64,000 nucleotides of DNA from Bacteroidaceae bacterium (GCA_024401215.1 JAKSLL010000003.1:4389-68388); one strand, 5' to 3'; positions 38,248 through 47,343 are shown, numbered from the stretch's first letter. Numbers and translations: made by a program. Notes: a model not told the origin generated them from the sequence alone.

Positions 38248-39804
38248 TTACACTATCGCCTCTATCAACGTGCGACCATTAAGCTCTACTGGCGGCAGCA
38301 AACCTGACTGCTTTTCCTTATTGAAGCAGAAGCTTACCATGTAGCCGGTTTGCAGATTGTACCGTTCGAGATATTCTGCAAGCTGTTTCTCTCCACGTTC
38401 ATTATATGACTGTCCTCGCCAAATCTTCAGCTCCACAATATACTGCTGACCGAGATAATCTATGATGATATCGGTACGGGTGAGGTCGCGTGTCTGGGCT
38501 TCGCAATAGTAATTGCCTATGCCATTGATGATTGGGCGCAGGTAAGTGAGGAAAATCTTTCTGCCGTTGTCCTCGACAAACTGATCATCATGTCCGGGGC
38601 GATAGATTTCGTTGAAGTGAACACAGAAACGCTCCATGAGAAGACGCATGTCGATAAAGCCATCATGCACGAACTGGTTCTTCTCGTATTCTCCCAGCTG
38701 ATAGATGTGGGATGGTTTGTCGAGAGAAATGTAATAGTTGTAAAGCCATGTCTCGAATATGCGGCAAGCAATCTTTGTCGCACCTCCTTCTTCTTTCACG
38801 AAGTTGAACATAACGGCAATGTTGATGTCCTGATCGTAATAGTTGAAGGACACTCGCTTACCGCCAAAGATTATGGATTTCAACATGTCGGAAAGCCCTG
38901 GAAACTGAGTCAGTTTCTTCTGCATGTCATCAAAGAGCGTATTACCCTCTTTGAGCAGGGCATTGACCGCTTTCAGCACACCATCCTTGTCCCATGTGTA
39001 TTGTTCTGCATCGATAATCTGGCAGATACGACTCACGAGGAATGGATAGCCAGCAGTATAGTCGCGTATCATCTGACCTACGAATACTTCGTCAAAAGTC
39101 AGGTTGTGGTCTGCCTTATATTCAGCAAGCATGTCAGCAATTCCCTTTGCAGAAAGGCTCATATCGGTATCGAAAGGAACGGCAATGTTCCATGGCGAGT
39201 TATATTGATGCTCATCTTCCTTGCGAATCTTCAGCTTGAGATTCTTAATGTCATAGACACCTGCAAGGATGACGGATTGGAAAGTTTTGAACATTTCGCG
39301 TGACAGAAACATATTGCGAAGTACGCCCAAAAATTTGATGAATCCATCATTGTTGCTGGCTTGATCCACCTCATCAATAAATACGACTACAGGCTTTTCG
39401 GATAGAGTACATAATTCGTCAATAACTTCTGTAAAGTCTGTGCTTGCAATTTCCTTGCATCCCATTGGTACGACAGCTTTGAGAAGCGACTGCATTGCCT
39501 CTGTCGATCCATTGACTCTTGCGTGTCTTTTCAGGATTTTAAGAAATTCTGCACATGCATTCTCTACTCCAGCAAAAGAATTGTCACCAAGCCCTTCAAA
39601 ACTGATGCTAAAAACGCAATAATCGTTTTTTAAGTAATTAGCCAAAGCGGCAAGCGTGGTAGTCTTGCCATACTGCCTGCCACGGTTGATACAGAAATAG
39701 TCACCCTTGGCAACCATCTTACGGATGATTTCCAAGCGGTCGGTGATGTCCACCATATAGTGTTCATTCGGGCGACAAGTACCCGCTGTATTGAATGTTT
39801 TCAT
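38248..39804 (-). CDS. P-loop ATPase (AAA-like/ORC-like N-terminus) fused to a PD-(D/E)XK nuclease-like C-terminus
   Basis: Walker A (GRQYGKTTT), Walker B (VVVFIDEVDQ). C-terminal E...D...E-x-K pattern (CEAQTRDLTRTDIIIDYLGQQYIVELKIW). Confidence 0.7.
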   Translation of the reverse strand: MKTFNTAGTCRPNEHYMVDITDRLEIIRKMVAKGDYFCINRGRQYGKTTTLAALANYLKNDYCVFSISFEGLGDNSFAGVENACAEFLKILKRHARVNGSTEAMQSLLKAVVPMGCKEIASTDFTEVIDELCTLSEKPVVVFIDEVDQASNNDGFIKFLGVLRNMFLSREMFKTFQSVILAGVYDIKNLKLKIRKEDEHQYNSPWNIAVPFDTDMSLSAKGIADMLAEYKADHNLTFDEVFVGQMIRDYTAGYPFLVSRICQIIDAEQYTWDKDGVLKAVNALLKEGNTLFDDMQKKLTQFPGLSDMLKSIIFGGKRVSFNYYDQDINIAVMFNFVKEEGGATKIACRIFETWLYNYYISLDKPSHIYQLGEYEKNQFVHDGFIDMRLLMERFCVHFNEIYRPGHDDQFVEDNGRKIFLTYLRPIINGIGNYYCEAQTRDLTRTDIIIDYLGQQYIVELKIWRGQSYNERGEKQLAEYLERYNLQTGYMVSFCFNKEKQSGLLPPVELNGRTLIEAIV

Positions 39805-39839
39805 ACTTGAAATGGCGAAAGTGCATAACTTCTACTTTG

Positions 39840-39847
39840 CAAATTTA
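39840..39847 (-). promoter_or_regulatory. -7 promoter box (TAAATTTG on the reverse strand)
   Basis: caaattta on the + strand, 36 nt upstream of the reverse-strand ATG at 39804. Confidence 0.4.
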
Positions 39848-40052
39848 TGAAAATAATCTCAAAAATAGTCGCAGACGCCCTCAAAAAAGACCTTTTTATA
39901 AAACTGTATAACCTATGTTATACCAAATTAACATTTCTGTGTGTATTTCCGCAATTTATAGCAATCACTTGTTGTTATTCTGTTCGTGCTTATTCAAAGA
40001 ATTCTGGTAGTTGATTTACTGCTAAAGGTTCTTGATAAATATGTTGGTAATC

Positions 40053-41135
40053 TCAATTCTTGAAATCTATCTCCATTTGTCTCCATACTTTTTTCTCGTT
40101 TTCGTCGTGTGCGTTGCCTACGGAGAGTCCGAGGAGACGGATAGATTGTTCTTCGGAGAAAGGCACATCATTGAGGAGTTTCTTTGCGGCAGGCAGTATG
40201 TGGTCCATGTTCGTGAAAGCATGGGTGTCGGTATATGAACGAGTAATCTGCTTGAAATCATGAAACTTGACTTTTAGTGTAAGCGTATATCCTTGAAAGT
40301 CATTCTTCTTGAGTCTGCGTATCAGTTCCTGCGTGACATGATACAGTTCGATGATGACTGCCGACTTCTTATATATGTCGCTCTCGAATGTTGTCTCGCA
40401 GCCTATAGACTTGCGGATGGAGTTTGCCTCTACTGGTCGGTCGTCAATGCCTCGTGCGAAGTTGTAGAAGATGATGCCCATTTTGCCAAATTCATGCGTC
40501 AGCCCCCATAGTGAATGTTCTCTTAATGTGGATCCATTGAAGATGCCTAACTTGTGCATCTTTTGTGCTGTCACAGGTCCCACACCCCAGAATTGTTCGA
40601 TGCGTAGCTTGGAGATGAAGCTGAGGGCTCTGTCAGGGTGAACGACATACAAGCCGTCAGGCTTGTTGTAGTCGGAGGCTATCTTTGCGAGAAACTTATT
40701 GTATGACACGCCTGCCGATGCAGTAAGGTTGAGGCGTTCTTTGATTTTGTTCTTTATCTCTATGGCGATGTCAATGGCTAATTCAATGTTAGGCTTGTTT
40801 TCTGTCACGTCAAGGAAGGCTTCATCAAGCGAGATGGGTTCTATGATGTCGGTGTATTCATGAAAGATGTCGTGTATCTGCATTGACACGCGTTTGTATT
40901 TCGCATGGTCGCCAGGCACGACAACAAGCTGAGGACACAGTTCTAATGCCTTCTTTGTGCTCATTGCCGAATGTATGCCGTATTTTCTCGCTTCATAGCT
41001 TGCAGTGGCTAACACGCCTCTGTCCGACACACCCCCAACTGCCATGGGGATGCCACGCAATTGGGGGGTGTCACGCTGTTCTACGGAGGCATAAAAGGCG
41101 TCCATATCAATATGTATTATCTTACGATACGTCAT
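40053..41135 (-). CDS. dinB: DNA polymerase IV
   Basis: IIHIDMDAFYASVEQRD, SIDEAFLDVT, and the little-finger region. 360 aa. Confidence 0.93.
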   Translation of the reverse strand: MTYRKIIHIDMDAFYASVEQRDTPQLRGIPMAVGGVSDRGVLATASYEARKYGIHSAMSTKKALELCPQLVVVPGDHAKYKRVSMQIHDIFHEYTDIIEPISLDEAFLDVTENKPNIELAIDIAIEIKNKIKERLNLTASAGVSYNKFLAKIASDYNKPDGLYVVHPDRALSFISKLRIEQFWGVGPVTAQKMHKLGIFNGSTLREHSLWGLTHEFGKMGIIFYNFARGIDDRPVEANSIRKSIGCETTFESDIYKKSAVIIELYHVTQELIRRLKKNDFQGYTLTLKVKFHDFKQITRSYTDTHAFTNMDHILPAAKKLLNDVPFSEEQSIRLLGLSVGNAHDENEKKVWRQMEIDFKN

Positions 41136-41156
41136 CTCACCATCTGCCGTCTTTTT

Positions 41157-41702
41157 TCACTTTTTCTCTTCTTCCTTTGGCTTTCGGTCGAAGAAAGGAT
41201 TCTTGCTTTTGCAGCTAAGAGGTATGGCGAGCACATTGTTGAGGCCCTCGCACATCATGCCTGGTCGCATTGCGGCAATGCCTGCAGAGTGCATCACTCG
41301 TGTGTCGATTCGTAGGTCGCTGGCTGTAGCGCATGCCGATCCAACAGCGATGCCTACGTCAATGGTGTTTAAGGCGCATGGCACTCCTTCTGGTCTGTCT
41401 GAACAGAGTGAGAAACCGCATCGCTTGCAGTTTAGTCCTTGGCACAGTTCTTTAGTGCCTATCAGCATCACAGCCTCTGCCTGCAGGATGTTGTCGGCAT
41501 CACGGAGGAAGAACATAAAACCATTCTCTTCCGACACACGGCGCATTTCATCCGACAGCTTTTTTATGTCATCGCCAGTGATGGTCATGATTTCGATAAT
41601 ATCCACTCCTTTGGCTTTTGGTGCTGTGCGTGCCGCAATCATTATCTTGTGTGCCGAATCAAGCACAGAATCATTTCGTACTTCTCTTTCGTTGTATATC
41701 AT
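41157..41702 (-). CDS. DUF2148-like ferredoxin-domain protein
   Basis: 181 aa. AARTAPKAKGVD... and a CxxC-containing segment (CQGLNCKRCGFSLC), recalled as the DUF2148 family. Confidence 0.55.
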   Translation of the reverse strand: MIYNEREVRNDSVLDSAHKIMIAARTAPKAKGVDIIEIMTITGDDIKKLSDEMRRVSEENGFMFFLRDADNILQAEAVMLIGTKELCQGLNCKRCGFSLCSDRPEGVPCALNTIDVGIAVGSACATASDLRIDTRVMHSAGIAAMRPGMMCEGLNNVLAIPLSCKSKNPFFDRKPKEEEKK

Positions 41703-42192
41703 ATTGTTATAATTTGTGATTGACTGCTTACGTTTAATCTTTTATGCAAAAGTATAAAAAAGTATGCTATTACCCAAGTCGTTGTCTTGTTTTTTTACAG
41801 CATACAATATCTTCACGGTTCGTTAGTGCCTAATAATCAGTGCGAAAACAAGACGAGCTAAACATTAGATGCTTCGCCTCGTCAAGAAATGATGCTTTGC
41901 CCCGTAAAGTAAAGATGCTTTGCCCCGTAAAGCATCTTTACTTGAAAAGGCAATGTCTCTATATGTTACCTCGTGTAGTAAAATGAGGGAAAAGCCTGGG
42001 TTATGTGAGTCGTTGCGAGTAGTGTATAAAAGTGAATAGGCGTATATGAAAAATACCGCCTCTGGTGGTGAGACGGTATTTAGTAATGGTAAAAAAATAA
42101 CTTCCTAAAGTTTCTTGATGCAGATTACTATCTTCAGCAATCTGTGTGGGCATAGTGCCTGAAGATGAACATATAAAAAATTATAATTACGT

Positions 42193-42355
42193 TATTCAAC
42201 TTTCGTAAGTTTGCAACTTGCTCGTTTTGTGGAGTTAAAGTTGAGTTAAAGTGGAGTTATCGCTTTGCTCGGAGTTAAAGAGACGTTTGTCTTGTCGGAC
42301 ATTTGTCACTTTAACTACCCTTTAACTACACAACAAGTGGAGCGAAACTTGTATT
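42193..42355 (-). repeat. GGAGTTAAAG-family intergenic repeat, copy E
   Basis: Core 42254..42353 is the reverse complement of 45097..45196 (copy F), with about 6 mismatches in 100 nt by eye. Confidence 0.9.
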
Positions 42356-42565
42356 ATGTTAAGTAAGTAATCAAAATTATTTTTATATTTATCAAGAATT
42401 TAGAGAAAATAGAGATTTCATCTTTCAGTTTGTAGCAAACTGTTCTTTTTGATTCAGAATTAAATCGTTACGATTGGAATTAAGAGAAGCCATCCGGATG
42501 GCATTTCTCTCATTCTCTTCATTCTTGATTATAAAAAATAATTTTGATCAGACACTTATTACAAT

Positions 42566-44962
42566 TTACAATGCAATACCTTTCAATACAATCTGCTTCT
42601 TAATACCTTTGCCGCTTACTGTAAGAGTGACAATGCCGCTCTTTCCATTTGAACGAACGACGCCCATTGCCATGCCCTTGAAGGTCTTGCGAGTGCTGTT
42701 GGTGTAAGACACGGTGTCTTTCAAGTCGCCAGAGCCAGTGGCAATGAGTGTGCCATTGCCCTTCACCTCGAAACGAAGTTCCTGCTCCGCATCCTGCACG
42801 CGGTTGCCATCCTTGTCGATGAGCTCTGCTGTGATGAAGCACACATCCTGATCGCTTGAGTTGAGCTTGCCGTCGGTAGTGAGACGAATGTCAACAGCTT
42901 CGCCTGATGTGCTAAGTGTGCGTGACTCTGTCTCATTGCCTTGAGCATCAACGCCTGCAGCCTTCAATGTGCCAGCTTTGTATGGAATGCTGAAGGTTGC
43001 CTTGAATTCCTCTGCACGAGTTGTTGAGCGTTCACCAATGAGCTTATCGTTGAGGTAAAGACGCACCTTAGGGTAGCTTGAATACACTTCCACATCTATG
43101 TTCTTGCCTTCGTGCCCTTTCCAGTTCCAGCATTCCCATGTTGGCCATACCGACCACATAGTCTCCTTCACCTTGCCGAAGTAGCCATCTGGCTCTTTCA
43201 CAGCCATGTAGAGTTTGTTGCGGTTAGGACAGTAAAGCATCTCGCGGTAGTGAGAGATTGGTTTTCTCCAGCCGATGATGTCGATGTCGCCGCAGTAAGC
43301 GCCATGCCAAGGGAACTGAAGCTTCATCCATGGCTCACCGTCTGTCTCACCCTCGTAAAAGTAGCGACCGATGCCCGACTCGCCAAGGTAGTCGATAGCT
43401 GTCCACACTATGTCGCCAATCACGTATGGGTAGTCATTCACCATTGTCCAGTTGCTGAAAGCATCGCGAGGGTAGCTCTCTGTCTGCCACATCACACGCT
43501 CAGGCACACGCTCGTGGTCGCTCTTTGCTTTGTGCATCATGTAGTTGAAGCCCGTGATGTCGAGCACAGCAGCATGTGGGTCATAGATTTCCCAGTCAGG
43601 ATCCCAAGCACAGAGAGCCTCTGTGACAGGACGGGTCTTGTCGTGCTTGAGAATAGCGTTCTTCAGTCGCTGAGCGGTTGTCACAGAAGCAATCTGCTTG
43701 CGCTCAATAATCTCATTACCAATGCTCCAGCTGATGATGCTTGGGTGGTTGCGGTCGCGAAGCACCATTGCTGCCGCGTCATCGCTGCTCTCCTGCTTGA
43801 AGCGGAGGTGGTAGTCGTATGGGTTCTTCTGGTCAACCCATCCGTCGAATGCTTCGTCAATGACCATAAGACCGAGTTCATCGCATGCACGGAGGAAGTC
43901 CGCAGAAGGAGGGTTGTGGCTTGTGCGCACGAGGTTGAAGCCAGCATCCTTCATCAGTTTCACCTTGCGGTATTCAGCGTTGCGGTATGTGGCTGCTCCG
44001 AGAATGCCATTGTCGTGGTGAGCATCACCGCCATAGATGAGCGTTTTCTCGCCATTGATGCGAAGGCCGTTTGCTGAGTCGTATTCAATAGTGCGTATGC
44101 CGAATGTCTCTGTCTTGGAGTCAATGACAGAACCATTCTCAAGAATCTCAATCTTTGCCTCGTAGAGGTTAGGTGTTTCGCAACTCCAAAGCTTAGGATT
44201 GCTGATTGTGAGTTGCTGAGTCACCTTGTTGGCGACATCTTTTGGAGCAACAGTCATCTCAGGGCTTTCAGCAGAAGAATTTAACGAAGGAATTGAAACC
44301 CTCACCTTGACGTTCTTTGGTGCGTTTCCTTCATTCTTCAAATCTGTCTGCACAATCACAACAGCCTCGCTCTTGCTCACCTTCGGAGTTGTGACTGCTA
44401 CGCCCCAAGGTTCAATGTGGACAGGTTCGCACACAATGAGCTGCACCTTGCGGTAGATGCCCGAACCCGAGTACCAGCGGCAGTTCTTCTGCATGGAGTT
44501 ATCGACACGAACAGCAACTACATTGTTGCCCACTTTCAACTGCTCTGTAATATCTACCACGAAAGGTGTGTAGCCATAAAAATGACTGCCTACGGAGTCG
44601 CCATTCACATACACCTTTGAATCCTGATATACGCCATCGAACATGAGTTTCACGCGCTTGCCAACCCATGTTTTTGGCATGTTCAGCACCTTGCGATACC
44701 ATCCTGTGCCAGCAGGCAGATAGCCGCCCTCGTTGCCCATAGCAGCATCCTTCTTAAAGTCGCTGTCTATGCTCCAGTCGTGCGGAACTGTGACGTTGCG
44801 CCATGACTTGTCGTCGAAGTTCGTGTTCTTAGCCTCAGCGTTGTCCTGAAGGCAGAATCGCCAATTTGTGTTCCAGTTCTGCTCTATACGAGCCGACTGC
44901 GCCATCGCCATTGTTGTTGCAAACAGCGCAAAGAGAAATGCTTTATAGAATTTAGCTTTCAT
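42566..44962 (-). CDS. glycoside hydrolase family 2 (beta-galactosidase-like)
   Basis: Signal peptide. WNTNWRF...WRNVTVPHDW sugar-binding start. Acid/base motif NHPSIISWSIGNE. 798 aa with Ig-like C-terminal domains. Confidence 0.85.
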   Translation of the reverse strand: MKAKFYKAFLFALFATTMAMAQSARIEQNWNTNWRFCLQDNAEAKNTNFDDKSWRNVTVPHDWSIDSDFKKDAAMGNEGGYLPAGTGWYRKVLNMPKTWVGKRVKLMFDGVYQDSKVYVNGDSVGSHFYGYTPFVVDITEQLKVGNNVVAVRVDNSMQKNCRWYSGSGIYRKVQLIVCEPVHIEPWGVAVTTPKVSKSEAVVIVQTDLKNEGNAPKNVKVRVSIPSLNSSAESPEMTVAPKDVANKVTQQLTISNPKLWSCETPNLYEAKIEILENGSVIDSKTETFGIRTIEYDSANGLRINGEKTLIYGGDAHHDNGILGAATYRNAEYRKVKLMKDAGFNLVRTSHNPPSADFLRACDELGLMVIDEAFDGWVDQKNPYDYHLRFKQESSDDAAAMVLRDRNHPSIISWSIGNEIIERKQIASVTTAQRLKNAILKHDKTRPVTEALCAWDPDWEIYDPHAAVLDITGFNYMMHKAKSDHERVPERVMWQTESYPRDAFSNWTMVNDYPYVIGDIVWTAIDYLGESGIGRYFYEGETDGEPWMKLQFPWHGAYCGDIDIIGWRKPISHYREMLYCPNRNKLYMAVKEPDGYFGKVKETMWSVWPTWECWNWKGHEGKNIDVEVYSSYPKVRLYLNDKLIGERSTTRAEEFKATFSIPYKAGTLKAAGVDAQGNETESRTLSTSGEAVDIRLTTDGKLNSSDQDVCFITAELIDKDGNRVQDAEQELRFEVKGNGTLIATGSGDLKDTVSYTNSTRKTFKGMAMGVVRSNGKSGIVTLTVSGKGIKKQIVLKGIAL

Positions 44963-45040
44963 GTAAAAGTTTTTTGTATATTGTTTATGATGAATATATC
45001 CTATAATAAAGTTTTCAAGTTCAACTTGCTCAGTTTTAGG

Positions 45041-45095
45041 AGGCTCTAATTTGGTTGAATTTTGGTTGAAAAAATATTCGCAGAATAGTTACATT
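45041..45095 (+). repeat. GGCTCTAATTTGGTGGA-family short repeat, copy 3
   Basis: aggctctaatttggttgaattttggttgaaaaaatattcgcagaatagttacatt. Directly abuts copy F of the other family. Confidence 0.7.
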
Positions 45096-45096
45096 A

Positions 45097-45200
45097 TACA
45101 AGTTTCGCTCCACTTGTTGTGGAGTTAAAGGGTAGTTAAAGTGACAAATGTCCGACAAGGCAAACGTCCCTTTAACTCCGAACGAAGCGATAACTGAATT
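45097..45200 (+). repeat. GGAGTTAAAG-family intergenic repeat, copy F
   Basis: tacaagtttcgctccacttgttgtggagttaaagggtagttaaagtgacaaatgtccgacaaggcaaacgtccctttaactccgaacgaagcgataactg. Confidence 0.9.
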
Positions 45201-45312
45201 ACATTTTATAAATGTGATACAAAAATACGAATAAAAACTTGAAACGGGTGCGTAGCGTAACGAATATTTGATTTTACTCGTATTAATGCTTCTAAAGAAT
45301 TGTTATTGTTGC

Positions 45313-45320
45313 TATCTTTG
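45313..45320 (+). promoter_or_regulatory. -7 promoter box TATCTTTG
   Basis: TAnnTTTG match 23 nt upstream of the ATG at 45343. Confidence 0.45.
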
Positions 45321-45342
45321 CATTCAAAAGTAAGTAAAGTGT

Positions 45343-45876
45343 ATGAAGGAGATAAATATAGGAGATAGAGTGCGTCCGATAAATGATACCGGTGAAGGTG
45401 TTGTCGTCGGAATACGAAACGGTATTTTTGATGTTGAAGATGAGAATGGATTCTGCATACCTATGACTGCGGATGAGCTTGTTGTTGTGCCCAGCGGTGA
45501 GAAGGCAGAACAGCAAAGAGCAGCCTTGACAGCAAAAAAGGGTGGGGGGAATAAGAACACTAAGAAGGCAGTCGTAAAACGAGATGCAGGCAATGCCATT
45601 AGAGACGCTAAGGTTGTTGATCTTCATTCGGATTTAAGCCGTTCTCCTTCATCAAATATCATTGAAAGTCAGCTTGCTAAATTCAAATACGAACTGAATA
45701 GGCACGTCGGTCAGCATGGTGTGAAGATAATCTTTATTCATGGTCAAGGTCTTGAAGATGTGTTGCGTAATGAACTAATAAAAGAACTTGACAGGCGCAA
45801 AGATAAGTTCTCCTATTGTGATGCTCCATCCCCTCAATATAAATATCATACAGCAATAAAGGTCACTGTGAAGTGA
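45343..45876 (+). CDS. Smr-domain protein (DUF2027-like N-terminus)
   Basis: VVDLHS...IIFIHGQGLEDVLRNELIKEL fits the Smr pattern (DLHG...IIHGKG.G.LR). Confidence 0.65.
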   Translation: MKEINIGDRVRPINDTGEGVVVGIRNGIFDVEDENGFCIPMTADELVVVPSGEKAEQQRAALTAKKGGGNKNTKKAVVKRDAGNAIRDAKVVDLHSDLSRSPSSNIIESQLAKFKYELNRHVGQHGVKIIFIHGQGLEDVLRNELIKELDRRKDKFSYCDAPSPQYKYHTAIKVTVK

Positions 45877-46169
45877 ACATGCTGTCGTTGAGGTCTATTC
45901 ACTTAGTCTTTGTTTAAACAAACTTAGTCCTGTAAACTTTACAATTACCATAATACAATTATAGAAGAAAGCAAATCTGACAATTTCGACCAAAAGAAAA
46001 CCTTAATCTTTGCTCGCTATATTTAATTTGTTGGGCTACCAATGGATCTGTTTTCTTATGTTTTCTGAAAAATGCAGCTTCAAATGTGGTTTTTGGAGAT
46101 TTGTTTGCCAAAATTGGCGGTCGTAGTGCATATTTTAAGTAGTTGTGACTCTGATATGATGAAAATATG

Positions 46170-46177
46170 TACATTTG
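46170..46177 (+). promoter_or_regulatory. -7 promoter box TACATTTG, about 410 nt upstream of the first island gene
   Basis: Exact TAnnTTTG match. No convincing gene lies between it and the ATG at 46589. Confidence 0.4.
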
Positions 46178-46588
46178 CAACGTCGTGCCTACGCCGTGCC
46201 ATCTAATAGGATGTGCGGCTGGGTGGGACACTACATAATGTAAAAGCGTCATCGATGCTTTGTTCTATGGCTGTTTGAAACGTGAGAAATTTCAATGTGA
46301 TAGTCAGGAACAATGTCAGAAGTGGCTGCTACGGGTATGCTATAACTGTATCCCGGGGTGTGCTGTGAAGGTATATTATATATCTTCATGCACACTTTTC
46401 CTGGATACGTGCATTTATACCAGGCGTAGGCAGACACTCTACAAGTTCACTATCACGGGTATTCTCACGACCTCAAACAGCGGACAAGTAGAGGTGGAAG
46501 CCTACGTTTTGCGTTTATGTGGTCTATAAAACAGAAGACTATAACTCGCCTGAACTTGGGTCTCATAGGGTGGAAAACATTTAATATT

Positions 46589-47263
46589 ATGAAAGCATTA
46601 AAGGTTATGCTTTTTGTGGTTTTGGCAACGTTTAGCATGGGGGCATACGCCCAAAACTCAAAGGAAATCACTAAGGAGCGTAGAGAAATTCGCAAGTTAT
46701 CTAAGGCAGAATTTAATGAAAAGGCATCAAAGGATGCTCGTAAAGAAGCTAAACGTCTCACGAAAGAAGGTTGGCAAGCAGCTCCAGGCGCTCTTCCAAT
46801 GGAAAAGCAACTTGATAAATCTTATCTTATGCAGCAAGAGTATGATGAAGACTTGTTCCCTAAGTATCTCATGGGCGAAGCTATGAGCATCGGAGAGAAT
46901 TATGATGCAGCAAAAATGCAAGCTCTTGAACTTGCAAAGCAAAATCTTGCTGGTCAAATTCAGACAGAGGTTACTGCTCTTATTGAGAACACGGTTGCAA
47001 ACAAACAATTACAACCAGAGGAGGCTGCAAGCGTAGTGCAGAGTGTAAGTGCTGGTAAGAACTTGATTTCTCAAAGTATTGGTCGAGTCCTTACTGTGGT
47101 AGAAGTGTATCGCACAGTCAGCAACAAGAACAAGGAAGTTCTTGTGCGTATAGCTTACAATGCAGAAATGGCAAAGGCTGCTGCTAAACAAGCAGTACGA
47201 GAAGATCTTGAAAAGAAGGGTGAAGATTTACATAACAAATTGGACAAACTTCTTGATTGGTAA
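46589..47263 (+). CDS. exported helical protein, LPP20-like
   Basis: Start set at MKALKVMLFVVLATFSMGAYAQ. K/E-rich helices. AAKMQALELAKQNLAGQIQTEVTALIENTV resembles the LPP20-family core (recall-based, weak). Confidence 0.55.
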   Translation: MKALKVMLFVVLATFSMGAYAQNSKEITKERREIRKLSKAEFNEKASKDARKEAKRLTKEGWQAAPGALPMEKQLDKSYLMQQEYDEDLFPKYLMGEAMSIGENYDAAKMQALELAKQNLAGQIQTEVTALIENTVANKQLQPEEAASVVQSVSAGKNLISQSIGRVLTVVEVYRTVSNKNKEVLVRIAYNAEMAKAAAKQAVREDLEKKGEDLHNKLDKLLDW

Positions 47264-47335
47264 AATCCTAGTAAAATATTGAGATTTAAGAAGTTCTACA
47301 AAGTATGAATTTCTTAAATCTCTGTGTTCTATTCA

Positions 47336-47343
47336 TATGTTTG
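47336..47343 (+). promoter_or_regulatory. -7 promoter box TATGTTTG
   Basis: TAnnTTTG match 36 nt upstream of the ATG at 47379. It overlaps the track ORF's upstream ATG at 47337, which supports the shorter start. Confidence 0.4.

Noticed and set aside
41891-41940. A short tandem duplication (gatgctttgccccgtaaag twice) with an overlapping palindrome taaagatgc...gcatcttta, in the 860-bp non-coding gap after the DUF2148-like gene
   Set aside because: It is real in the sequence but tiny and isolated, with no flanking ORF, promoter box or T-run. It is most simply a local slippage or hairpin remnant.
42475-42510. The gccatccggatggc palindrome downstream of the GH2 stop, and the aataccgcctctggtggtgagacggtatt hairpin at about 42048-42080, as possible terminators
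   Set aside because: Neither has a convincing T-run in the orientation needed for the GH2 transcript directly after the hairpin. The 42048 hairpin has a T5 run only on the reverse strand, about 500 nt past the stop. This is too ambiguous to annotate.
45877-46170. A search for tRNA, integrase or att-site signatures at the left boundary of the island (and at 61162..61533 on the right)
   Set aside because: I could recognise no tRNA-like cloverleaf (no GGTTCGAATCC-type T-loop), no integrase or transposase ORF, and no direct repeats shared between the two boundaries. The island borders therefore remain undefined.
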